Assembly (NCBI GenBank): GCA_963701455.1
Contig: CAVPAE010000007.1
Location: forward strand, 223,761 to 287,760
DNA: 64,000 nt
Source: an uncultured Gammaproteobacteria bacterium
Lineage (GTDB): Bacteria; Pseudomonadota; Gammaproteobacteria; UBA9214
Direction: 5' to 3'
Part shown: positions 47,421 to 57,516 of the stretch, in pieces
How the letters are laid out: every line of letters starts with the position of its first letter
How positions within the stretch are numbered: the first letter of the stretch is position 1
Position numbers and translations under genes: made by a program
The notes under the pieces: model-generated
The model's input: only the letters and a program-made list of their open reading frames with translations
The model's database searches: none
What the model was told of the DNA's origin: nothing

Positions 47421-49244
47421 TTATTTCAGGATATCCACCCGGACGGTAGCCTCATTCGAGGTCGCGTCGAGATCATCCATGACGGTGTAGCCGAGCGCAT
47501 CCGAGCCGCGCTTGCCGGCGGTCGGCGTGTAGGTGATTGTGCCGTTACCGTTGTTCACCGCAGCGCCCTTGCGCGGGTTGCTGGTGATGATCACGGTATT
47601 GGCGACAACCGTACCGTCGTCGGTGTCATTGGCGACCACATTGATGGTCACGGAGTTGGTGCTGGCACCGGTATTACGCATCACCGTGGCGTAGTCGTCG
47701 TTGGCTACCGGAGACTGATTACCTGGCGCCGCATTGACCGTGACTGTGACCGTCGCGGAGTCGACACCACCATTGCTATCAGAGATGTCATAGGTGAAGG
47801 TTTCGTCACCGGAGAATCCCGCCAGCGGGCTGTAGGTCACGGTATTGCCATCCGTCGTGGCCGTTCCACCATTATCCGTTGCACCTACCGCAGTTATCGT
47901 CAGCGCATCGCCATCCACGTCGGTATCGTTGGCCAGCACGTCGAGACTGTTGTTGATCGAATCCTGGGCTACGCCAAAGGGATCGTCGACTGCAACCGGA
48001 TCATCGTTGAGCGGCGTTACCGTTACGCTCACGGTCGCGGCATTGGAAATATTCCCTGCCGTATCACGAACCGTGTAGGTGAAACCGTCCGCCCCGCTGA
48101 AATCGGGACTCGGGGTATAGGACACGGTACCGTCGTTAATCGCAACAGCCTGACCGTTGACCGCCGGACTGGCGATCGCCACTGTTGCCAGATCAATCGG
48201 ATTCCCGACAGGCGTATCGTTTGCCAGGACGCTGATGCTGCTGCCTGTCGAATCCTCCGCCACGGACGACACATCATCGACCGCCGTTGGCCCGGGTACC
48301 GCCGCGGCCACCGACAGATTGGTGAGCATCCCGCTACGCAGACGCCGGTCATACACGGGGTAGGTACCATTGGCGGCCGGCGTGAAGATCGCATCCTTTG
48401 TCTTGCCAGCGGCCATCAACACCGTGTGCTGCACGCGCGGGAAGGGATAGACATTGCCGTCCTCTGCAACCAGGGTCATGTGCTGGCCCTGCAATACCAT
48501 GGCATGGTCTTCCAGGCCTGCATTGAGCAAGCGGACCAGTGTATTGCTGCCTGCTGTACCGGCAGGCAAAGGCGCATCACCGGGCACAAAGGGGGCGCCA
48601 TTGACCAGGAAATATTTCGGTGCATAGTTGATCGTGCTGGGATAGCTTGCTGTCCCGTAGGTGCCACCGGCCACGGCTGCGTGCAGGGCCGGATCGATCT
48701 CGCTGTACAACAGCGACACCTCGCTATCATAGGAAATACCCGCATAGGCCTCTCCGGTCTGCGCATCGTGCGTCACCGCGCCGTACAGGCCCATCTGCAC
48801 CTGCACCGCCGGGTGTGTACCACTCGAATACAGGAAGGTCCCCGGTTTGAGGTTGCTCCATGCATAGATCCCGGTGGCTGCAGGGAGCGTCTCGTGGGTA
48901 AACGAACGCACCCGCTGCCGGCCCTGGTCATCGGTAAAAAACACCGGTGTCATTGCCGCCTGCTGGCCGGAGATCACGATCGACACCGGACTGGCGAGTT
49001 CATTACGCAGGTTGACCGTGAGCGTAGTGTCACCTACCGGCACCGTCAGCTGCGGGCCCGGTACGGTTGGCGTGCATGGCACACCCGTGTCCAGCCCGTA
49101 GCCCCACATGGTTATCACTGTGCTATCCGGCATGGTCAGGGTCGTCGTGCCGGCGCAGAGATCGTAAGTCACCGCACCGGCCTGGCCGGCAGCCGTCAGC
49201 AGGGCGGTGAGTGCCACACCTTGTTTGATTGATCTTATGTTCAT
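47421..49244 (-). CDS. secreted cupredoxin/multicopper-oxidase-like protein with degenerate Cu sites + C-terminal tandem Ig-like (cadherin/VCBS-like) domains
   Basis: Signal peptide. N-terminal ~330 aa are paralogous to the 49266 and 50569 genes (MWGYG..PGP.L.V; LEDHAMVLQGQHMTLVAEDGN aligns with HPFHFHGNHVTLIGRDGR). There is no HCH motif. Three Ig-like repeats (VAEDSTGSSISVLANDT..., ...LDVLANDTDVDGDALTI...). The 641-aa antisense ORF is R/G/H-rich junk. Confidence 0.7.
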   Translation of the reverse strand: MNIRSIKQGVALTALLTAAGQAGAVTYDLCAGTTTLTMPDSTVITMWGYGLDTGVPCTPTVPGPQLTVPVGDTTLTVNLRNELASPVSIVISGQQAAMTPVFFTDDQGRQRVRSFTHETLPAATGIYAWSNLKPGTFLYSSGTHPAVQVQMGLYGAVTHDAQTGEAYAGISYDSEVSLLYSEIDPALHAAVAGGTYGTASYPSTINYAPKYFLVNGAPFVPGDAPLPAGTAGSNTLVRLLNAGLEDHAMVLQGQHMTLVAEDGNVYPFPRVQHTVLMAAGKTKDAIFTPAANGTYPVYDRRLRSGMLTNLSVAAAVPGPTAVDDVSSVAEDSTGSSISVLANDTPVGNPIDLATVAIASPAVNGQAVAINDGTVSYTPSPDFSGADGFTYTVRDTAGNISNAATVSVTVTPLNDDPVAVDDPFGVAQDSINNSLDVLANDTDVDGDALTITAVGATDNGGTATTDGNTVTYSPLAGFSGDETFTYDISDSNGGVDSATVTVTVNAAPGNQSPVANDDYATVMRNTGASTNSVTINVVANDTDDGTVVANTVIITSNPRKGAAVNNGNGTITYTPTAGKRGSDALGYTVMDDLDATSNEATVRVDILK

Positions 49245-49265
49245 GTCTATTCCCCCGCCCTGCGT

Positions 49266-50540
49266 TTATGGAATCGGAACACCGTTGGGCTCGACGATCA
49301 TCATGGTCATCATGCCGCCCGGAAAGATGTCGTTGTTGGCAAGTTCTTTCTCTGCATGGGAATGCCACATGAAGAACATGCCCCCGTCCAGGTTCAGACC
49401 GCCCTCGCCCGGCGGCAGGTCACCAAACTGACCCAGGAACGGGCTGCCGCGGTAGAAGCCACCAAAGGTCATGTCCTGGATCGCCGGCAGTACCACCGGT
49501 AACTTCTTGCCGTGATCCGGCGCGTATTCGTTGGGTTCCAGCGGGTCGCCGTTTTTGTGGCCGTAGATGTCCCAGCCGAGCTTGTAACCGGTCCAGCTCC
49601 ACAGGGCATCATAGGTCGAGCCCGGCACCGCCTGCAGGGTGAAGTCGACACGCGCCAGGTCAGGTCCCGCTCCGGGCGTGCTCTCCAGCATGCGACCGTC
49701 GCGACCGATGAGGGTGACGTGATTACCGTGGAAGTGGAAGGGATGCAAGTCCCGTCCGGCGCTGATCACCCGCGCCAGTACTGTCTCACCGACATGCGTC
49801 CGCGGCAGGATGTTGTAGGGCTGGTTCGGCAGCCACGGGGCATATGCATCCGCCATGGTATCCGGACCATTGCGGCCGTTGATGAACCACAGCACCGCCT
49901 TGTGTTCGCTGTTGTCGATGACATCGTACAGTTCCAGCGAGGCGTAGTAATGGACCATCGGGTCCATTTCGGTGAGCAGGAACAGGTATTCCTGGTCGAA
50001 CGCCGTGTCCGGATGATTGTAGGCCTGGTTAGCAGCAGCAGGCCGGACGATGATGGCGCCCAGCAGGCCCATCTCGACCTGCAACTCCGGGCGCGTGCCG
50101 CTGTTGTACAGGTAGGTTCCGGGATTACTGGCGGTAAAGGTGTAGGTCACCTTGTCCGCTAGCGCGGGCCCGGTACTCTCCTGGGTCAACAGTCCCGCTG
50201 AGCCGCCGGTTGCACTCACCCCCTCCTGACCGGGAAATACCAGCGACACCGGCATGTTCGGCACGCCGAGCGCATTGGTCAGGTTGATGGTAATGGTATC
50301 GCCCTGGTCGACGATCAGCGTCGGCCCGGGATACTGCATTTCGCCGTCATCCAGCGCGTAACCCCAGACCAGCAGGCTGTCACCGTCCGGCGTGGAGATA
50401 ATGGCCGGTTTTGCAGTGAAGTCGAAGTTCGTTCCGGTGACGCCGTCGATGGCCGCCTCGGTCCTGGCACCCGCCAGGGACATCAGCAGCAGGGCAAATC
50501 CCGCCAGCCAGTGTCCGGTTTGCAGTGTTTTCGTATTCAT
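49266..50540 (-). CDS. multicopper-oxidase-like protein lacking the type-1 Cu cysteine (HSH instead of HCH)
   Basis: Signal peptide. HPFHFHGNH fits the HxxHxH motif. FMWHSHAE occupies the position of the HCH motif with Ser replacing Cys. Confidence 0.7.
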   Translation of the reverse strand: MNTKTLQTGHWLAGFALLLMSLAGARTEAAIDGVTGTNFDFTAKPAIISTPDGDSLLVWGYALDDGEMQYPGPTLIVDQGDTITINLTNALGVPNMPVSLVFPGQEGVSATGGSAGLLTQESTGPALADKVTYTFTASNPGTYLYNSGTRPELQVEMGLLGAIIVRPAAANQAYNHPDTAFDQEYLFLLTEMDPMVHYYASLELYDVIDNSEHKAVLWFINGRNGPDTMADAYAPWLPNQPYNILPRTHVGETVLARVISAGRDLHPFHFHGNHVTLIGRDGRMLESTPGAGPDLARVDFTLQAVPGSTYDALWSWTGYKLGWDIYGHKNGDPLEPNEYAPDHGKKLPVVLPAIQDMTFGGFYRGSPFLGQFGDLPPGEGGLNLDGGMFFMWHSHAEKELANNDIFPGGMMTMMIVEPNGVPIP

Positions 50541-50568
50541 GGACTTATCCCCCGGTTCCGGTCTGTTG

Positions 50569-51828
50569 TCATAACCCGATGTGGATTTCGGTCATCATGC
50601 CGCCGAAATCCTCGTCGTTGTTGCTGAGATAATTCAGGTTGGTGGTGTAGAGGAAGTAGGTCCCCGGCGCCACGCCCGCTGTATCGATAATTGCGTCAAC
50701 CGACTCGCCCCCGCCCAGCGTCACCGAAGCGGTGTCGTAGTACAGTTCCTCGCCGCTGGCCACGCCGCCGCCTTTCAGGATGCGCGCGCCGGTGCCCACC
50801 ACCTTCATGGTCAGCCCCAGGGTAGTCAGGGTGTAGTAGCGGGTGACGTTCAGGTTGGAGATGCGCAGCAGGATCTTTTGCCCGGCAGTGGCCTCAATCC
50901 GTGAACTGACCGGCTGGGAGGTGCTGAGCGGGCTAACAGCAGTTGGGAAATCCCCAGCTCTGACAGGATTGGCGCCACTCTCCAGTGTGTGCGGAAAGTC
51001 GAAGGTACTGGCATCGGCGGTATCAGGGTAGCCGCGGCCGTTCAGCATGGCATAGCGGTCGGTCATGTTGGCAAACGGCAGCGGCTGGGTATTCATGCTG
51101 GCATCGTGAAAGTCCGGATCGAAGGAACCGATCTGGATGGGAAACTCGACGTCATAGCCGGTTGAACCGTCGGTGTCGTTGTACACAAACTTGTTATAGC
51201 CACCAATGGTGGTCCCGTTCTGTGCCGGCCTGACATAGAGGTTGCCCAGCATGCCCATCTGCATGTGCTCGGTAGCCTCGACATGACAGTGATACATGTA
51301 GGTGCCGGGCTCCGCGAGATTGTAGTAATAGGTCACGCTGGCCCCCATGTTGATGGAGATGGTGGCATCCGGCACCCCGTCGAAGATATCCGAGGCGTTC
51401 GGGAAACCGTGGAAATGCACGGTATGCGGATCGGCCAGATCCGGACGCATCAACATGCCGTAGTTGGTCAGCGTCAGGTAGAATTCCTTGCCCTCGTCCA
51501 GCACGATGGTCGGCGCTGGAAAGTTTGCTGCCAGAATGCTCGCATCGAGTGCCTGGTCATGGGGCACACCCGTCAGGTCGACGAAGCTGAACATGTACTG
51601 CAGCCTGCGGATGTCATCGGACATGCTGACAAAACCGTCCCCGGCGCCCAGGTGCATGCACCTCACATTCGCGGTTGACTGTCCCTTGTGCATCGCCTTG
51701 TCAACTACGGCATCGCCATCGGTATCACCGGGACACTGCACCAGGGCCGCGGCACCTGCCAGGCCCGGCAATCCCGTCAACAGCAACAGGAGTGCAGCGG
51801 CAAGTGGATTTACGTGGTTGTCTTTCAT
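50569..51828 (-). CDS. multicopper oxidase with intact type-1 copper motif
   Basis: RBS GGAGGA lies 7 nt before ATG 51828. Signal peptide MKDNHVNPLAAALLLLLTGLPGLAGAAA. HTVHFHG, then YMYHCHVEATEHMQMGM (HCHxxxxHxxxxM). C-terminal cupredoxin domain ends FGGMMTEIHIG. Confidence 0.75.
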   Translation of the reverse strand: MKDNHVNPLAAALLLLLTGLPGLAGAAALVQCPGDTDGDAVVDKAMHKGQSTANVRCMHLGAGDGFVSMSDDIRRLQYMFSFVDLTGVPHDQALDASILAANFPAPTIVLDEGKEFYLTLTNYGMLMRPDLADPHTVHFHGFPNASDIFDGVPDATISINMGASVTYYYNLAEPGTYMYHCHVEATEHMQMGMLGNLYVRPAQNGTTIGGYNKFVYNDTDGSTGYDVEFPIQIGSFDPDFHDASMNTQPLPFANMTDRYAMLNGRGYPDTADASTFDFPHTLESGANPVRAGDFPTAVSPLSTSQPVSSRIEATAGQKILLRISNLNVTRYYTLTTLGLTMKVVGTGARILKGGGVASGEELYYDTASVTLGGGESVDAIIDTAGVAPGTYFLYTTNLNYLSNNDEDFGGMMTEIHIGL

Positions 51829-51889
51829 TGGTCTATCCTCCTGTGTGCCCCGGGGTGGAGGCATCCCACCCCGGAACGCTAGCCCTTGG

Positions 51890-54800
51890 TTACGGCGTGA
51901 ACTCATCAGCCCCGATGTCGTCACGGTTCCGCCAGACCGTCGTCGGCCGGGTATCGCCGTCAATATCAACAGCCGGTGCATTATCATTGTTGTTACCTGC
52001 GCCCCTGTCGATTGCGGCCAGCCTTGAGACTGACGTATCGACAAGGTGGTAATCACCCGTCGGTGCCAGCGGGCCAAAGCGGACCTGGATGAAGTTGCCA
52101 CCCTCGTCGAAGGCCGGTTGCGTGGCGATGGTGGTGGTGAGTTCCACCTGCTGGATGGTCTCGCCGTTGTCGGTATTGACGTATGGCAGAACAAACAGGT
52201 CCAGTGGATCGGTGATACCGCTGCCGTCACGGTTGTTGTTGTGGTAACCAGTAGTATCAGTCAGCAGGTTGAAACGCGGGTCCAGCGAACCGGTCGCACC
52301 GAGCACTGCCAGGTCCTGGTAGGGCGTGGCGGCACTGTTCAGACCGTACACCGCAGGTTCCACCGTCGTATCGATCTCGAAGAAGAACGACCGGTTGCGC
52401 CAGACAATGTTGTTCAGCAGCAACGGCTTGGAGAACACACCGTATTGATTTTGCCGGTTATTGGGTATTTCGCCGTTCAGTGCCGAGCTGTGCGCACGCG
52501 AGACGATACCCGCCGGTTGCGCCGTAGACTGGTTCGGACTGCCGGGTGCAAATGCCTCACCCGCCGTGGCCGTGGAGTCATTGTGGGCAACGGTGTTGTT
52601 GACGATGTTCACTCTCACCGTATCCTGCAGGGCGATACCGCCGGCAGCCATGCCCGCCATGTTGTTGACGACGATGTTGTTGACAATATCCAGCGGATAC
52701 CAGCCGTTTGGATTGTTTGATGCTTGCACATCTGTGCCGTTGACAGCCGCGGCCGCGATACCGCCACCGTCACCGGCACCGGCCTGGTTACCCTGGATGA
52801 CGTTGGACAGGATCTGTACCGGACCGGACCCCGGGCTCAGTGCGCCGGGATTCAGGGCCGCAGCGCCGCCGATGAAGATGCCACCGCCGTTGCGTGCCTG
52901 CCCCTGGTTAAAGGACTGGTTGAACATGATGGTGTTGTTGGCGATGAGACCCGAGAGCACCGTATTTCCGGATCCAAAGCCGCCACTGCGGCCATAGTGG
53001 CCGATGCCGCCGCCGTCACCCTGGGTGAAGTTACCGCAGATGGTGTTGTCCGTTACCTGGTAACTGTCACTGCCGTGATACAGGCTGACACCGCCACCGG
53101 CACCATTGCCGCTGCCGTTCCCGGCAATCAGATTATGGTGGATACGGATGTTGTCATTGAAGCCGTCCTGGTAGACCAGATTGGCGCCCTGTTCAAGGGC
53201 CAGGAACGGATGACCGACGCGGATACCGCCGCCGTAGATGCCATGATTGCCGAAGATACGGTTATTAGACATTTCCAGGTTTTCGGCATAGCCGTTGACC
53301 ACGATACCGCCGGCACTGTCCGACCCGGTAATGCTGAGGCCGTCGATACGTGACACATTTTTACCGAAAGTGTCGTCCTGCGTACTCCCTGTACCATCCA
53401 GGCCCAGCACGATGATGCCGGGGCCTTCCTCGGTGAACAGGACGTCCGGTTCACCGGCCACGCCGAACCCGACCTCCTGGGCCGGCAGCAGGTGATACTT
53501 GCCCTGGGTGTGCAATGTCTCGACATCCTGGCGCCAGGCGGTGATTTTCTCGCCCGGCGACTTGATGGCGCTGATGGTGGTGGAAGCGCCCGAGCCCTGC
53601 AGGCGCACCGGCTTGTGCATGATGACCAGTTCCTCGTACTCGCCCGGCGGCACCAGTATCAGGTCACCGGGACTGGCCACATCGATGGCAGCCTGGATGG
53701 AGCCGCCCGGGGCCACCTGTATTGCACCGCCACCCACCGTCACGGTGATACCCGCGACAGTCGACCGACCGTTGTCACCCCGGGTGATCTGCAACTGACC
53801 GGTGGTGGTACCGGCGGTCACCGTGCCGCTGATGGAACCGTTCGACCAGCTGACGTTCGTCAGTGGAACGCCGCTGATAGTGACGCTACCCGTCCCCTGG
53901 GAAGCGCCGAAGCCATAGTCGCGGCCGCCGGGGTCCTGGGCTGCCGTGATCGTGATTGACTGCGTGCCGTCGGCAACATACGGATTGTTGCCGTTGGGTG
54001 CCGGTGCGTCGACGTATGGTCCGCTCAGTGAGCCGACTACCGACCAGATTACCGGCGTACCATCCTGGTCCCGGCAGTCCAGCGGCTGCTGGTTCGGGCC
54101 CGTAAAGGCTGCGACGGGTACCACCGGTGTATCCAGGAAGGTGGTCACGCCCGGCATGTACTGGAAGGTGTAGCAGAACTGGCTGTACTGCGAGTTATAG
54201 TTCGGATCCGTGACGAAACCACCGGCACCATCGGGAATGGGGCCCGGATCATTCATGCAGGTGGTGACCATGTTCGGCGAAGTGCCACTGGCACTTGCAT
54301 TGCTGTTGGTAAACATGGAGGGCAATACCGCATTGAACGTGCCCCAGCGGTCGGAGTAGGTGCGCGCATACTCCCGCCCCTTCCAGTCGCGAATCGACAC
54401 CGGCAGGTAGGGCGGCGAGTACTTCTCGCCGAAGGTCGGTGAATTGGGGTCAAACTCGTTCGACAGATCGTCGAGAATGAACCCTGTTACCTTCGCCGCC
54501 ACCGGCACCTGGGTGAACATGAAGAAGTCGGCCGCCGCGTTCTTGCCATCGGTCAACAGGACCTGCTTGCGGTCGCACAACGGGGTATCGGTGCCGGCCA
54601 GGAATGGTGATTCTCCTGGAATCGGGAATAGCGAGAAATCATCGGGCACCAGGTGCAGGTCACCGACACAGACCGGTGGCAACAGTTCAGGCGCCGGCAC
54701 GAACTCATCACCGAAGTCCACGTTGCGGTCTTCTTCCTTGAGTGTCTGGTAGACCGGGTGCTCACCGGTAGCGACGATGTAGATGCCCTTGGGCAAGGAA

Positions 54801-57022
54801 TCCACCTCGGCAGCGCCCGAATCGACGCCACCCGGCACGTAGGAATCGAAGGCATAACCACCGTCGAACACCGCCGGGCGTACCTGGTTGTAGTTACGTA
54901 TGCCGTCGTAGCAATCCGTCGGTACCGAACCATTGACCATGAAAACGTCACCCTGGCAGCCGGTCGGGATGTTGTCGTCCCAGCTGTCAGTGGTGCTTAT
55001 CTGGATGGCATCACCGCCGTCGAAGCTGCCGTTTTCCGAATCGGCCAGCGGCGCACAACCGTTGAGCGGATCCAGCGCAGGGTAGTCGAAGTCCTCGGCG
55101 CCCGGGAAGTTGCCAAATGGATAGTTATCCACATCCGCCAGTGTCTGGCAGCCATCGCCGTTGAGGTCGTCAATCACGCCATCGCCACCGGGGGGAATAT
55201 TATCCTCGTACAGGACCACCTGGATGCGCGGTATACCCGGCTCCCACAACTCGGCGCCGGCATAGGCCGGATCGTCCTCGGCGCGGGTCACGGCATAAAA
55301 GACGATTCCCGAAATGCCGCCGTTCTCACCGATCACGTAGGGTTTCTTGCCCCACTGGATGACATTGGTCTGGCCGAGGAAGGCCTGTACGCCCTGGGTC
55401 AGCACCGGCCCGGTCTCGGTACGGTAGGAAGCGCCACCGTTCTCTGACTGGGGCTGGGGATTGAGCACGCCATCAAATGACCAGGGATCATTGGGGTCGA
55501 CCGGCCCGCCGTCATCCACGATGATGGTTGCACCGGTTGCCTTGTAGCGGGTAAAGCCGACTTCCGCGACCAGCCAACTGAAGAAGGGGAATACCTCGTC
55601 ATAGGGCGCGGCCCCGCCAAGGTCCGTGGGGAATCCCTGGTAGATGGTGCCATCACGCCAGCGCAGCGCGGTGCCCTCTTCGAACATCGGCGCCTCTCCG
55701 GCGTCCCAGAAGCCGTTTTCGTTCTGGTCGTTGAATACGTGTTGTTCGACACGGCCAAACCAGGCAAACACCGGCACATCCAGCAGGCTGCAGCTGCCAC
55801 CATTACACTGGCCGTTCAGAACGGTGACACCCTGGGAACCGAAGATGTAATCCAGATTCTTGTCCCAGATCGCCAGCTGGTAATTGCCATCGGGCACGCC
55901 GGAAATAGAGAACTTGCTGTCCTCGTCACAGGGGACCGCGATGACACCCTGGCCGATATTGACTGCCAGGTCGTTGAGACCAACCCAGCAGCCGGGTACG
56001 GGTGCCCCGGTATGAAAAGCAAAATCCGGCGGGCGCGAGTTATGGATACTGCGCACCTGGCCGGTGATAGTGACACCACCGCCGAGTGTGGCACCATTCT
56101 GGAGTCCTTCCCTGACGAAACCCATAAACACGTGCGGGCCTGGCGGGCCGAACTCGGTGAAGAACGGCGGTTCATTAGCCTTCACCCAGGCATCGATAAT
56201 CTTCTTGCCCTCGAGGGTGGTGGTCTGTGACCAGCTGGTCGGATCGCCATTTGCATCGGTGGTTGGTGGAACTGCCTGGATGCCATACTTGGCCGGGACG
56301 AGGTTCTTGATCAGGGCGATACCGTTCGCATCGGTCGTGACGGTGCCATCCCCCAGGCTGACAACATTGCCGGCATTGCCATAGGTGGTGCCGAGCGGGT
56401 TGCCGAAGGCATCCGTGGTGATCTGCTGGCCGGAGATACCGTAGCGACCACCGGCATCCTCGAGCAGGATATTGAATCCGCCCAGCCCGACTTCTTCCGG
56501 GGTATCCGGTGCACCGTTGATAGGCCAGTTATCCTCGAAGATGAAGATACGGATCTGCGCCGTGGGAACAGGATGCTCATTGACGCTGATCGGGACAATG
56601 ACCTGACCCGCCGCGATCTGCGCACCGCCCATGCTGAAGCCTGAATCGGGCAGTATGGACACATAGTAGCGCTTGTTGTCATCCAGGGCTGGCAGGGAGG
56701 AAGGATCACTGGAATGACCTTCCGCGACGACCGGCAGGTAGCTCTTGTGGAAGTTCACCGACAGGCAGTCAGCCTCAAAATCAGGCTGGCAGGTCTCCCC
56801 CGGCACGATGTCGTAGGTGACATCCTCTTCAATCAGCCAGCGATAAGCCGGAACAGGTACCGAGCCGCCATTGGCGTCAACGCCGGTTACATTCAGGACA
56901 GGCACTGCAGCCGCCACAGGCCAGGCAATCAGCACGCAGGTGAGCAACGCCACAAGACCTGAGTAGCGGCTGACAAGCAATTCCCCCCAACTCTTTTCCC
57001 AATGAATAGTGATTGCGTTCAT
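51890..57022 (-). CDS. giant (about 1700 aa) secreted/surface protein: N-terminal signal-anchor, SdrD-B/carboxypeptidase-regulatory-like region, C-terminal right-handed parallel beta-helix repeats
   Basis: TM/signal segment LVALLTCVLIAWPVAAA. The C-terminal ~500 aa have repeated beta-helix rungs (NNRIFGNHGIYGGGIRVGH; NLIAGNGSGNGAGGGVSLYHG; NTICGNFTQGDGGGIGHYG; NNTIMFNQSF; NVIQGNQAGAGDGGGIAA; NNIVVNNMAGMAAGGIALQD). The antisense ORFs are low-complexity. Confidence 0.7.
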   Translation of the reverse strand: MNAITIHWEKSWGELLVSRYSGLVALLTCVLIAWPVAAAVPVLNVTGVDANGGSVPVPAYRWLIEEDVTYDIVPGETCQPDFEADCLSVNFHKSYLPVVAEGHSSDPSSLPALDDNKRYYVSILPDSGFSMGGAQIAAGQVIVPISVNEHPVPTAQIRIFIFEDNWPINGAPDTPEEVGLGGFNILLEDAGGRYGISGQQITTDAFGNPLGTTYGNAGNVVSLGDGTVTTDANGIALIKNLVPAKYGIQAVPPTTDANGDPTSWSQTTTLEGKKIIDAWVKANEPPFFTEFGPPGPHVFMGFVREGLQNGATLGGGVTITGQVRSIHNSRPPDFAFHTGAPVPGCWVGLNDLAVNIGQGVIAVPCDEDSKFSISGVPDGNYQLAIWDKNLDYIFGSQGVTVLNGQCNGGSCSLLDVPVFAWFGRVEQHVFNDQNENGFWDAGEAPMFEEGTALRWRDGTIYQGFPTDLGGAAPYDEVFPFFSWLVAEVGFTRYKATGATIIVDDGGPVDPNDPWSFDGVLNPQPQSENGGASYRTETGPVLTQGVQAFLGQTNVIQWGKKPYVIGENGGISGIVFYAVTRAEDDPAYAGAELWEPGIPRIQVVLYEDNIPPGGDGVIDDLNGDGCQTLADVDNYPFGNFPGAEDFDYPALDPLNGCAPLADSENGSFDGGDAIQISTTDSWDDNIPTGCQGDVFMVNGSVPTDCYDGIRNYNQVRPAVFDGGYAFDSYVPGGVDSGAAEVDSLPKGIYIVATGEHPVYQTLKEEDRNVDFGDEFVPAPELLPPVCVGDLHLVPDDFSLFPIPGESPFLAGTDTPLCDRKQVLLTDGKNAAADFFMFTQVPVAAKVTGFILDDLSNEFDPNSPTFGEKYSPPYLPVSIRDWKGREYARTYSDRWGTFNAVLPSMFTNSNASASGTSPNMVTTCMNDPGPIPDGAGGFVTDPNYNSQYSQFCYTFQYMPGVTTFLDTPVVPVAAFTGPNQQPLDCRDQDGTPVIWSVVGSLSGPYVDAPAPNGNNPYVADGTQSITITAAQDPGGRDYGFGASQGTGSVTISGVPLTNVSWSNGSISGTVTAGTTTGQLQITRGDNGRSTVAGITVTVGGGAIQVAPGGSIQAAIDVASPGDLILVPPGEYEELVIMHKPVRLQGSGASTTISAIKSPGEKITAWRQDVETLHTQGKYHLLPAQEVGFGVAGEPDVLFTEEGPGIIVLGLDGTGSTQDDTFGKNVSRIDGLSITGSDSAGGIVVNGYAENLEMSNNRIFGNHGIYGGGIRVGHPFLALEQGANLVYQDGFNDNIRIHHNLIAGNGSGNGAGGGVSLYHGSDSYQVTDNTICGNFTQGDGGGIGHYGRSGGFGSGNTVLSGLIANNTIMFNQSFNQGQARNGGGIFIGGAAALNPGALSPGSGPVQILSNVIQGNQAGAGDGGGIAAAAVNGTDVQASNNPNGWYPLDIVNNIVVNNMAGMAAGGIALQDTVRVNIVNNTVAHNDSTATAGEAFAPGSPNQSTAQPAGIVSRAHSSALNGEIPNNRQNQYGVFSKPLLLNNIVWRNRSFFFEIDTTVEPAVYGLNSAATPYQDLAVLGATGSLDPRFNLLTDTTGYHNNNRDGSGITDPLDLFVLPYVNTDNGETIQQVELTTTIATQPAFDEGGNFIQVRFGPLAPTGDYHLVDTSVSRLAAIDRGAGNNNDNAPAVDIDGDTRPTTVWRNRDDIGADEFTP

Positions 57023-57516
57023 CAGCGTTCCCCCAATCTGTTTTTCGGTTTTTCTGGCTGGCCACCACACGGCGACGCTACAGATCCATATTCCCTACAC
57101 ATCAGTCAGTTACTGCACAGATTCCGCAACATTCGATCACTACAGGTACTGTGACAAAACCAACTACTCCGGCAGCACTACAACACTTGTGGGGTAACTG
57201 TAGGCGGATTGAGTCTCAAAGAGAGGTAGTTCAACACCGTATTTCACGGCACCAATGCACGATAAATCAGGTAGGGTATTCCGGTAGCTTCAGGCTACTG
57301 CACCGGGTTTCTGCGCCTGGAATTCAGCCCGGATAAATGGCACGGACCAACCCGGCAAGGGACAGAACAAGGGACGAGTAAACGCCATGCGCCTGGCCAC
57401 CGATAATCAGGGGGATATATTTGCAGGAATGGAACGACAAGCGTCGTTAATGAAAGCGCACTGCTACTAGAGGTAAAAGAAACAGCCCTGCCAGGCCGAA
57501 ACGGAACGATCCCGAA

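Noticed and set aside
47307-49232. 641-aa + strand ORF
   Set aside because: R/G/H/V-rich junk opposite a minus-strand protein that has a signal peptide plus cupredoxin and Ig-like motifs.
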